A stretch of 31,548 bases of DNA. Origin: Candidatus Dormibacterales bacterium. Lineage in GTDB: Bacteria; Chloroflexota; Dormibacteria; Dormibacterales; Dormibacteraceae. The DNA lies in contig JBBSHA010000001.1 in the NCBI GenBank assembly GCA_038253595.1, positions 1 to 31,548 of the forward strand. The letters run 5' to 3'. The position numbers were made by a program, and so were the translations under genes. This document shows, piece after piece, positions 16,025-23,491 of this stretch. The notes under the pieces are model-generated. The model saw only the letters and a program-made list of their open reading frames with translations. It was not told where the DNA came from and made no database searches. Within the stretch, counting starts at the first letter, position 1; each line of letters starts with the position of its first letter.

Positions 16025-17581
16025 TCAGGCGTACGTGGAGCGGCGCCGCAGCCACACGGCCAGGTAGCCGAGCAGGAAGAGCAGCGGCACCCCCACGACG
16101 GTGGTGAGGAACGTGAAGCGGGCCTGCTGGTCGGTGAGCGCCAGGGGCGCTGCGCTCGGCGGCTTGGGGCTGATGCCGATCAGTCCCTCCTGTTCCGAGA
16201 GGTAGTCCAGAGAGCCCAGCAGCAGGTCGGAGTTGGCGCCGGCCGCGCTCGGGGGAAGGGTCCGGTTCTCCGCGATCGCCGAGGTCCCGAACAGCACCAG
16301 CCGGGTCTCCCGGCCGCTCGACTGCTTCAGGCTCAGGGTGTCCATGAGCACGAAGGGGCCGCCCTTGTCCGCCCCCTCGCGGCCGAAGCTCTGGCGCGGC
16401 TGGGCGATCTCGTAGGCCTTGTCGGTGCTCCGGACCACCTGGCTCTCGGTGGCGCTGGTGGCCTGGCCGGTGATCCGGGTGGTCTGCGGGAAGAAGACGT
16501 ACTTGCCCTGCAGGTCCTTGACGATCGGGGATGAGCCGTAGTCGAAGGCGACCGGGGTGGTGGGGTCGTTGGAGGCGGAGTGGGCGGCGTCGCCCTCGAC
16601 CACAAGGCCGCCGCTGAAGCTGACGCCGTAGGGCGCCAGGACGCTGTTGACCGAGGCCAGGGGCTGAAAATTCCAGGGGTCCAGGGCCAGCATCAGCTTG
16701 CCGCCGCCTCCCAGGTAGTCGGTCAGCGCCTTCACCGCGTTCTCGTTGAGCGCGGTCCGGAGCCCGATCAGCGCCACCACGTCGCAGTCGGCCGGCACCT
16801 GTCCCTGCTGGGAGAGCAGGAGCTCCCGGGTCTGGTAGTTGTTGGACTTGATCTCCTCCGCCGCCACCGAATAGCCGTGGACCTGGTCGGAGTCGGTCAG
16901 CCCGCGCTCCCCCTCGCCGGCCGCCCAGCAGACGGTCGGGGTCCGGTTGGACTCCAGGCGGAGAATGGCGCCGGTCACGTCCGATTCGGTCTGCGAGGCC
17001 AGGGTCAGGACCAGGGGCGGCTTGCCCCGATACTGGAGGACCAGGCTGCCCGGGATCGTCACGCCCAGCTGGCGGGCCTGGAGGGCGTTCAGGTCGGGGT
17101 CCAGGTAGTGCACCTTGACGTGGCCGCTCTGCTGCTGGTAGAGGCTGAGCAGGCCCTGGACCCGGCGCTGGGAATCCTGCTGGTCGGGCCGGAAGAAGCC
17201 GGTGACGGCGAGGTCGGCGCCCAGCCGCCGGGTGATCAGGGTCGATTTCTCGGAGAGGGTGTAGAGGCGCGCCTTGGTCAGGTCCACAGAGGCCGTGGAG
17301 CGCGAGGCCAGCACGTTGAAGGTGACCAGAATGCCGATCGCCACCGCGGTCACGATCACGCTCAGGGAGCCGAAACGCGCCTGCCGGCTGCGGACCAGGT
17401 CCATGGCCGCGGCCGGGTCAAGCACGGCGTATCCGATCAGGAGGGCGATCCCGGCGAGCAGCGTGTAGGACACCGCCGGCGACATGTGGCCCTCCACCAG
17501 CAGCAGGCTGGCGGCGATGAAGACCAGCAGCACCCCGGCGGCCGCGCATAGCAGCGCCAGCCGGCGCTCGAGGTGCCTCAA
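16025..17581 (-). CDS. GldG-like ABC-transporter auxiliary component
   Basis: Three N-terminal TM segments, DLTKARLYTLS, YLDPD, GEGER, YLGGGGKLMLALDP, NSDLLLGSLDYL, C-terminal TM followed by WLRRR. Confidence 0.85.
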   Translation of the reverse strand: MRHLERRLALLCAAAGVLLVFIAASLLLVEGHMSPAVSYTLLAGIALLIGYAVLDPAAAMDLVRSRQARFGSLSVIVTAVAIGILVTFNVLASRSTASVDLTKARLYTLSEKSTLITRRLGADLAVTGFFRPDQQDSQRRVQGLLSLYQQQSGHVKVHYLDPDLNALQARQLGVTIPGSLVLQYRGKPPLVLTLASQTESDVTGAILRLESNRTPTVCWAAGEGERGLTDSDQVHGYSVAAEEIKSNNYQTRELLLSQQGQVPADCDVVALIGLRTALNENAVKALTDYLGGGGKLMLALDPWNFQPLASVNSVLAPYGVSFSGGLVVEGDAAHSASNDPTTPVAFDYGSSPIVKDLQGKYVFFPQTTRITGQATSATESQVVRSTDKAYEIAQPRQSFGREGADKGGPFVLMDTLSLKQSSGRETRLVLFGTSAIAENRTLPPSAAGANSDLLLGSLDYLSEQEGLIGISPKPPSAAPLALTDQQARFTFLTTVVGVPLLFLLGYLAVWLRRRSTYA

Positions 17582-17585
17582 CTCC

Positions 17586-18464
17586 TCAGCGCCACTTGCG
17601 CGACTCGAGGACGCGTGTGGTCAGGAAGAGGGCCGCCGCGCTGAGGGTTAGGAAGTAGACGAAGTCGCTCAGCACCAGCCGACCCTCGTTGAAGGAGGCG
17701 GCCCGGTTGGTGGCGTTGAGGTAGTCGAGGAGGCTGCCGTAGGGCGCGATCACGACGTGGGAGAGGACCCCGAGCACGTAGTCCAGCCCCAGCAGCAGCC
17801 CGATCCCGAGGATGGCGGCGATGATCTGGTTGGAGGTCAGGCTGGATGCCAGCAGGCCGATGGCGACCCAGGCCGAGCCCACCAGCACCACCCCGATGTA
17901 GGCGGTGAGGATTGACCCGTAGTCGAGGTTGGGCACCGAGAGGGTGTGGCCGAAGACGTGGACGCCCACCCGGGTCGGGGTGAGGGCGACGATGAAGGCG
18001 AGCAGGACCAGCGTCGAGGCCAGGGTGGCGAGGTAGAAGACCAGGCAGCCCAGCCACTTGCCGACCACCACCTCCCAGTCGCGGACCGGCGAGGTCAGCA
18101 TCATCTCCAGCGTGCCCGAGCGACGCTCCTCGGCGAGCAGGCGCATGGTGTAGAGCGGGGTCACGAACACCATCAGGAAGGAGGCCAGGGCCAGCACCTG
18201 TTGGCCGAAGTTGATCGGCTGGCCGAGCCCCACCGGCCCGATGAACCCGATACCGGCGATCATCAGGGCCAGCACCGCGCCCACCACGTAGCCGATCGGC
18301 GAGATGAAGTAGCCGCTCAGCTCGCGGCGCGCGATGGCCGCCGCGTTGGGGAGGCCGGAGGCCCAGACCCGGTCGTAGAGCGTGACCGCCGGCGTCTCCC
18401 GCTCCCGGGGCGTGCCCGCGTCCGGCTCGGCCGGGCCCGGCGTGGCGGGCGGCCCTGTCAGCAC
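17586..18464 (-). CDS. ABC-2 type permease (GldF-like); N-terminus uncertain
   Basis: IARRELSGYFISPIGYVV, TMRLLAEERRSGTLEMMLTSPVRDWEVVVGKW, ASSLTSNQIIAA. Confidence 0.9.
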   Translation of the reverse strand: MLTGPPATPGPAEPDAGTPRERETPAVTLYDRVWASGLPNAAAIARRELSGYFISPIGYVVGAVLALMIAGIGFIGPVGLGQPINFGQQVLALASFLMVFVTPLYTMRLLAEERRSGTLEMMLTSPVRDWEVVVGKWLGCLVFYLATLASTLVLLAFIVALTPTRVGVHVFGHTLSVPNLDYGSILTAYIGVVLVGSAWVAIGLLASSLTSNQIIAAILGIGLLLGLDYVLGVLSHVVIAPYGSLLDYLNATNRAASFNEGRLVLSDFVYFLTLSAAALFLTTRVLESRKWR

Positions 18465-18649
18465 GGCCGGGCCCGGGCGCGGACCGGCCGGGGTCGTGGC
18501 CCGGGGCCGGCGGGACCGGCCGAGGTGTTGGCCGGGACCTCGCCGGCGTCCAGTCCCAGCTCCGGCTCCAGCGGGTCGGGGGCGGGCTCCGGGGCTCGGC
18601 GCGGGCCGGGCCGGCCCGCGTGCTTCTCCGGCGGCTGGTTCTCGGCCAT
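18458..18649 (-). CDS. Pro/Gly/Ala-rich ORF, probably the frameshifted N-terminal extension of the permease
   Basis: ATG overlaps the ATPase stop (TGATG). One extra base at 18500-18502 would join it to the permease. Confidence 0.45.
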   Translation of the reverse strand: MAENQPPEKHAGRPGPRRAPEPAPDPLEPELGLDAGEVPANTSAGPAGPGPRPRPVRARARPC

Positions 18650-19590
18650 CACTCGGTCTCCTCCGTGGTCAGCTCCAGGAAGACGTCCTCTAGGGACAGA
18701 ACCCGGGAGCGCAGCTCGCGGAGGCCGAGGTCGGCCTTGACCACCGCCCGGGCGACCGCGTCCTGGAGATCGGAGCGGCCCCCGGTCACCACGACCTGGC
18801 TCTCGCCGTCGCCCAGTGGCCTGACGTCGACGCGGTCCACGCCCTCCAGGCTGCGCAGGTGCCTCTCCACCTCGATCGGATCGCCGCGGACGATCGCCTC
18901 CACCTCCTGGTCGCGGCCCTCACCCAGCCGGCGGCTGAGGTTGGCCGGGGTGTCGTCGGCGACCAGCCGGCCCTGGTTGATGATCACCACCCGCTCGCAG
19001 GTGGCCTGGACCTCGGGCAGGATGTGGCTGGAGAGGATCACCGTGTGCAGGCGGCCGAGGGCCGAGATCAGGCCTCGCGTCTCCCGGACCTGGCCCGGAT
19101 CGAGGCCGGAGGTGGGCTCGTCGAGGATCAGCACGTCGGGGTCGTGAACCACGGCCTGGGCCAGGCCCACCCGCTGGCGGAGGCCCTTGGACAGCCGGCC
19201 GATGATCTCCCGGCGCCGCTCACCCAGGCCGCAGGCCTCGATCGCGTAGTCGATCCGGGAGCGGCGCCGGCTCCGCGCCACGCCCCGCAGCCGACACATC
19301 AGGTCCAGGTAGGGCTGGACGCGCATGTCGGTGTAGAGGGGGTTCAGCTCAGGCAGGTAGCCGACCCTGCGGCGGACGTCGAGCGAGCAGGCGAAGATGT
19401 CGAAGCCGGCGATCGAGGCGGTCCCCGCGCTGGCGCTGAGGTAGCCCGTGAGGATGCGCATCGTCGTCGACTTGCCGGCGCCGTTGGGGCCGAGAAAGCC
19501 GAGAACCTGCCCGCGGGGAACGGAGAAGGTCATGTCGACGACCGCCGGGCGCTCGTCGTAGAACTTGGTCAGACCCTGAACTTCGATCAA
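18649..19590 (-). CDS. ABC transporter ATP-binding protein (GldA-like)
   Basis: Walker A GPNGAGKST, signature LSKGLRQR, Walker B LILDEP, H-loop SSHIL, C-terminal SLEDVFLELT. Confidence 0.95.
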   Translation of the reverse strand: MIEVQGLTKFYDERPAVVDMTFSVPRGQVLGFLGPNGAGKSTTMRILTGYLSASAGTASIAGFDIFACSLDVRRRVGYLPELNPLYTDMRVQPYLDLMCRLRGVARSRRRSRIDYAIEACGLGERRREIIGRLSKGLRQRVGLAQAVVHDPDVLILDEPTSGLDPGQVRETRGLISALGRLHTVILSSHILPEVQATCERVVIINQGRLVADDTPANLSRRLGEGRDQEVEAIVRGDPIEVERHLRSLEGVDRVDVRPLGDGESQVVVTGGRSDLQDAVARAVVKADLGLRELRSRVLSLEDVFLELTTEETE

Positions 19591-19602
19591 AGAACAGCGG
19601 CC

Positions 19603-19608
19603 ATTCTA
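19603..19608 (-). promoter_or_regulatory. -10 hexamer TAGAAT for the ABC operon
   Basis: 12 nt upstream of the TTG at 19590. Confidence 0.5.
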
Positions 19609-19827
19609 GGCATATGGGTGTGAGGCGTTGGTAAGCGCTATAACCAACTGATGATTGATTCCGAAGCGGCGAGAAATTCGGTTCCCAGGTGCCCCAGATC
19701 GTGGTCGGGCGCCGAGGACCGGAGGAAGCGCACCGACGGTGCGTGATAAGAGGACTGCAGACGCCTGGCCGCGAGATGGGGTGCATGGGGGCCAAAGATC
19801 CGCTGTGGGTCTGGAATTATTCATCTA

Positions 19828-20607
19828 GTGCCCTCCGCCATCATCGCCATCGGGGACGAGCTGCTGGCCGGCTTCACCCTCGACACCAACTCCCACTGGC
19901 TGGCCGAGCGGCTGCGCCTGCTGGGCCACCCGTTGAAGCGGATCACCACCATCAAGGACCGCCGGGAGCACATCGTGGAGCAGATCCGGCGCGACCTCGC
20001 CGACCCCGATGTGGAGGTCCTGCTCTGCATGGGGGGCCTCGGACCCACCCCCGACGACCGCACCTTCGAGGCCGTCGCCGCCGCCCTCGAGCGGCCACTT
20101 CGGATCGAGCCCGAGGTGCTGGCCCGGATCGAGCGCCGGGTCCGACGCCTGCACGAGGCGGGTCTGGTCGACTCCGCCCAGGTCAGCGAGGGCAACCGTC
20201 GGATGGCCGACATCCCGGCCGCCCCGGCCCGCGTTCTCCGCAACCGGCGGGGGATGGCGCCGGCGCTGATGTACGAAGCTGGGGGCACCCGGCTGTTCGT
20301 ACTGCCCGGCGTGCCCGCCGAGCTGAAGGCCATCTTCACCGAGGAGATCGAGCCCGAGCACCTGGCCGGGCGCTCGGCCGCCACGGTCCGCGAGCTGAGG
20401 TTCGCATTCGCCGTGGAGGCGCGCTTCTACCCGGTGATGCGAGAGCTGGAGGAGTCGCACCCGGACGTCTCGGTGGGCTCCTACCCCCACCAGGAGAGCC
20501 GAGAGCTGGTCATCCGCTGCCTGGGCGACGATGTAGTCCGGGTCGACCAGGCGATCGCGCTGATCCGGCAGCGGGTCGCCGCCATGGGCCTGACCCCGGT
20601 ACCCTGA
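19828..20607 (+). CDS. CinA N-terminal / molybdopterin-binding-fold protein (COG1058-like) without the NMN-deamidase domain
   Basis: IGDELLAG, DTNS, GGLGPTPDDRT, GMAP, LPGVPAE. At 259 aa it lacks the PncC domain. Confidence 0.88.
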   Translation: MPSAIIAIGDELLAGFTLDTNSHWLAERLRLLGHPLKRITTIKDRREHIVEQIRRDLADPDVEVLLCMGGLGPTPDDRTFEAVAAALERPLRIEPEVLARIERRVRRLHEAGLVDSAQVSEGNRRMADIPAAPARVLRNRRGMAPALMYEAGGTRLFVLPGVPAELKAIFTEEIEPEHLAGRSAATVRELRFAFAVEARFYPVMRELEESHPDVSVGSYPHQESRELVIRCLGDDVVRVDQAIALIRQRVAAMGLTPVP

Positions 20608-20627
20608 ACCGGCCGCGTACCTCCCCC

Positions 20628-20683
20628 GCCGCAAAGCGGCCCAATAGACACCCGAGTCGTCGTAAGGGCCGGCTCCGCCGGCC
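20628..20683. terminator. Two small GC hairpins between convergent genes
   Basis: GCCGC-AAA-GCGGC (20628-40) and GGCCGGC-TCC-GCCGGCC (20667-83). No U tracts. Confidence 0.35.
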
Positions 20684-20692
20684 TGGAGCGCC

Positions 20693-21496
20693 TCAGCGGC
20701 CCCTGAACTCAGGTTCCTGCTTCTGCAGGAAGCTGATCACCCCAATCACTGCGTCCTCGCTGAGCGCCGCCCGGGCGAAGTTGCGGGCCTCGATCCGCAT
20801 CCCCTCCGCGAGGGATACGTCGAGGCCCCGGTTGACCGAGTCCTTGGCCAGCCCCAGCGCCAGCGTCGCCGACCCCGCCAGCCGGGCGGCCAGCTCGTCC
20901 ACTGCGGCGTCCAGCTGCTCGGGAACCAGCGCCCGGTTGACCAGCCCGATCGCCTCCGCCTCGCCGGCCAAGAGCCGGGTCGCCTCCAGGATCAGGGGCA
21001 GCGCCCGGGCCTTGCCGATCAGCCGGGGCAGCCGGAGCGTGCCCCCGGCGCCCGGGATGATGCCGAGCGCCGTCTCGCTCTGGCCGATCCGGGAGCGGCC
21101 GTCCTCGACCATCAGCCGGTAGTCGCAGCACAGCGCCAGCTCGCAGCCGCCGCCCAGGGTGTGGCCGCCGAGGGCGGCGATCACCGGCTTGGGGCAGCGC
21201 TCGATGGCCGTGAAGTCCTCAGCCAGGCCCAGGATCATCTCGGCCATCCGGTCCTCGGCCCCGGCCGCCTCCCGGTCCACGCCGTCCGCCATGGCGGTCA
21301 GGTCGGCGCCCACGCTGAAGTACCGCTCGTACCCGCTCTGGAGCACGATTACCCGGGTCTGGGGGTCCCGGCCCAACTTCTCGAAGGCCTCCCGCAGCTC
21401 GCCGGTGAGGTCGGGCGCGATCGAGTTGTTGCCCTTGCGGTGCATGACCACGCGGGCGATCCCCCCCTCCAGCCGGACGTCCACGCACTCGCCCAT
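20693..21496 (-). CDS. Enoyl-CoA hydratase/isomerase (crotonase)
   Basis: FSVGADL, GHTLGGGCELALCCD, GQSETALGIIPGAGGT (both catalytic Glu positions present). Confidence 0.92.
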   Translation of the reverse strand: MGECVDVRLEGGIARVVMHRKGNNSIAPDLTGELREAFEKLGRDPQTRVIVLQSGYERYFSVGADLTAMADGVDREAAGAEDRMAEMILGLAEDFTAIERCPKPVIAALGGHTLGGGCELALCCDYRLMVEDGRSRIGQSETALGIIPGAGGTLRLPRLIGKARALPLILEATRLLAGEAEAIGLVNRALVPEQLDAAVDELAARLAGSATLALGLAKDSVNRGLDVSLAEGMRIEARNFARAALSEDAVIGVISFLQKQEPEFRGR

Positions 21497-21503
21497 TGAC
21501 GAC

Positions 21504-22340
21504 CTAGGCGGTGAAGAGGTTGATGCCGCCGGCCACCTCGAGCGTGCTGCCGGTGATGTAGCCGGCCTCGTCGGAGCACAGGAAGGCGATCGCCGCCGCG
21601 ATGTCGGAGGGCTCGCCGAAACGCTTGAAGACGGTCCGCTGCTTGAACCGCTGATAGATGGGGCTGCCCTCGGCCGCCCTGGCGGCCTCGCTCCGGATGA
21701 TGCCCGGAACGATCGCGTTGGCGGTGATCCCGTGCCTGCCCCCCTCCAGAGCGCAGGTCTTGGCGAGGCCGATGACGCCCGCCTTGGTGGCCGAGTAGCT
21801 GGCCTGGCCGAAGCCGCCGATGGTGCCCGCCACCGAGGCCATGAAGATGAGCCGGCCGAAGCCGGCCTCCTCCATGTAGGGCCAGACCTCCTTGGTGCAG
21901 TTGAAGGACCCGGTCAGGTTGACCAGAACGTCGCGGTCCCACAGCCGGTAGTCCATCCTGGCCACCTGGGCGGTGTTGTCGAGGGTGGCGGCGTTGTTGA
22001 CCAGGATGTCGATCCGCCCGAACTCGGCCTTGACCTGGGCGAACACCTCGCGCACCCGCTCACGGTCGGTCACGTCCATCTTGATGGCGGTCGAGCGGCG
22101 GCCCAGGCCGCGGATTTCCTCGGCCGTCGCGTTGGAGTAGACCCAACCCGAGGCGGTGGCGACCTGGGCGAGGACGGCGTTGGCGCCCTCGGCCGTGGTC
22201 TGGAGGTCGGGATCGTCCTCGATCAGGATGACGGTGATGACGACGTCGGCGCCCATCCGGGCCAGCGTCAGGGCGTCCTCGCGGCCCAGCCCACGGGAGG
22301 CACCGGTGACCACGGCGACCCGGCCCGAGAGATCGAACAA
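21504..22340 (-). CDS. SDR oxidoreductase, FabG/PhaB-like 3-oxoacyl reductase
   Basis: TGASRGLG, NNAA, MASVAG, YSATK, PGII. Start set at TTG 22340 (MFDLSGRVAVV). Confidence 0.88.
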   Translation of the reverse strand: MFDLSGRVAVVTGASRGLGREDALTLARMGADVVITVILIEDDPDLQTTAEGANAVLAQVATASGWVYSNATAEEIRGLGRRSTAIKMDVTDRERVREVFAQVKAEFGRIDILVNNAATLDNTAQVARMDYRLWDRDVLVNLTGSFNCTKEVWPYMEEAGFGRLIFMASVAGTIGGFGQASYSATKAGVIGLAKTCALEGGRHGITANAIVPGIIRSEAARAAEGSPIYQRFKQRTVFKRFGEPSDIAAAIAFLCSDEAGYITGSTLEVAGGINLFTA

Positions 22341-22395
22341 GCGGCTCAGACCTTCGAGGAGGGGCCTGGGAGGGGCCCGATCATGACGCGATGCA

Positions 22396-22737
22396 TTAAC
22401 CCAACTCCAGCTCGGCGGACGCCCTGGTGAGGACCTGGCGCCCAGCGCCATCGACCGCCGACAGCGCCACCCGGCCCTCCTGCTCGCTGGCCGAAAACGT
22501 CACCGTCTCGCCCGGCTGGACCATGCCCGCGAAGCGGCAGCTGAGCCGGCGCAGGCGCCGGGGATCGCCCGCCACCCGGGCCAGCAGGCCCATCTGGAGC
22601 AGCCCGTGGGCGATCACGCCGGGCAGCCCCACCGATCTCGCGAACGCGTCGTCCAGGTGGATCGGGTTGCGGTCGCCGGAGGCATCCGCGTAGGCGGCGA
22701 TCTGCTCCCGGGTGAACGTCACCTCGAGCCCGCTCAC
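22396..22737 (-). CDS. MaoC/HadB-like (R)-specific hydratase catalytic subunit
   Basis: YADASGDRNPIH and IAHG motifs. The GTG start overlaps the upstream TAG. Confidence 0.88.
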   Translation of the reverse strand: MSGLEVTFTREQIAAYADASGDRNPIHLDDAFARSVGLPGVIAHGLLQMGLLARVAGDPRRLRRLSCRFAGMVQPGETVTFSASEQEGRVALSAVDGAGRQVLTRASAELELG

Positions 22738-23126
22738 TATCCGGCGGCCCCGATCACGAAGCGGGCCCGGGAGCGGCACAGGGGATGGCCCGCCGCCGTC
22801 ACCTCGGTCTCGAACCCGAGCAGGCGGACGCCCCGCCTCTCCACGTCAGAGGTGACACGGCCGCGGGCCGTCACCGTCTCCCCGGGCTCGGGGTGGCGGT
22901 CCCACTCGAACTCCTGCTCGGCATGGAGCAGGCGGGCGAAATCGATGGCGGCCTCGGGGTCCTCCAGGAGCTGGGGCGCGGTGGCGCCGAGCGCATACAC
23001 GGCGGCGTACGTGGGGGGCACACCGGCGGCCGGGTCGACGCCCAGGGCCCGGGCGAAGGCCGCCACCCGGCCGGGGTCGAGGGTGAGCTCGATCGGCGGG
23101 TACTCCCGGCCCTGGACCGAGCTCAC
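22737..23126 (-). CDS. MaoC N-terminal / HadA-like non-catalytic hot-dog subunit
   Basis: AFARAL, VPPTY, LLHAEQEFEW..P..GETV. The GTG overlaps the upstream stop. Confidence 0.85.
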   Translation of the reverse strand: MSSVQGREYPPIELTLDPGRVAAFARALGVDPAAGVPPTYAAVYALGATAPQLLEDPEAAIDFARLLHAEQEFEWDRHPEPGETVTARGRVTSDVERRGVRLLGFETEVTAAGHPLCRSRARFVIGAAG

Positions 23127-23323
23127 GGGCGCGGGCCCCCGAAGCCTCGGAAGACCTCCAGCTCGTGGCGCTTGCGCTCCGCCGCCTCCAGGTCCTCGCA
23201 GAGGATGAAGTGGCCCTGGCCGTGCACGTAGTAGCCGCCGCCCTGGTCCCGGGTGACCTTGATGTCAACCAGTTCGGCATCGTAGACCTGCCCCGAAGGG
23301 GAGACCTTGAGCAGAGTCACCAC
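23123..23323 (-). CDS. Small hypothetical protein (~66 aa)
   Basis: VTLLKVSPSGQVYDAELVDIKVTRDQGGGYYVHGQGHFILCEDLEAAERKRHELEVFRG...; GC3-biased. Stop overlaps the next start. TAGAGT -10 lies 5 nt upstream. The longer 118-aa ORF start is unlikely. Confidence 0.7.
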   Translation of the reverse strand: MVTLLKVSPSGQVYDAELVDIKVTRDQGGGYYVHGQGHFILCEDLEAAERKRHELEVFRGFGGPRP

Positions 23324-23355
23324 CAAAAACTCTAATGGAACAGGCATGGCGGGAA

Positions 23356-23374
23356 GGGGCGGGTCCCCCGCCCC
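23356..23374. other. GC hairpin
   Basis: GGGGCGGG-TCC-CCCGCCCC. Confidence 0.6.
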
Positions 23375-23414
23375 GTCAGGGTGGTCAATCCCTAAGACAC
23401 AAGACGTCGCACGT

Positions 23415-23489
23415 AGCGGAGGGGGCCCATGGGGGGAGGCCTGCCTCCCCCATGCAGCGGAGCGCCAGCGGAGCGCCAAGCGAAGCGCC
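23415..23489. repeat. REP-like element: 12-bp hairpin plus AGCG(G/A)AGCGCC tandem units
   Basis: Hairpin CATGGGGG(G)AGGC-CT-GCCTCCCCCATG at 23428-54. Units at 23456-66, 23467-77 and 23479-89, plus AGCGGAG at 23415. Confidence 0.6.
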
Positions 23490-23491
23490 GG

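Noticed and set aside
16010-16027. Selenocysteine readthrough fusing the GldG-like and DUF4340 genes
   Set aside because: No catalytic context for Sec, no evident SECIS, and a good SD plus CTG explains the frame.
16025-19590. Gliding motility assignment
   Set aside because: GldA/F/G-like genes alone do not indicate gliding; no type IX secretion or motor genes are in the window.
19609-19827. Known riboswitch (FMN, SAM-I, TPP, cobalamin, Moco)
   Set aside because: Only isolated fragments resemble these; the conserved cores are not present in order. Rfam was not run.
23371-23400. SRP RNA, suggested by CCCCGTCAGG
   Set aside because: The required GGAA loop and AGCAG motif do not follow.
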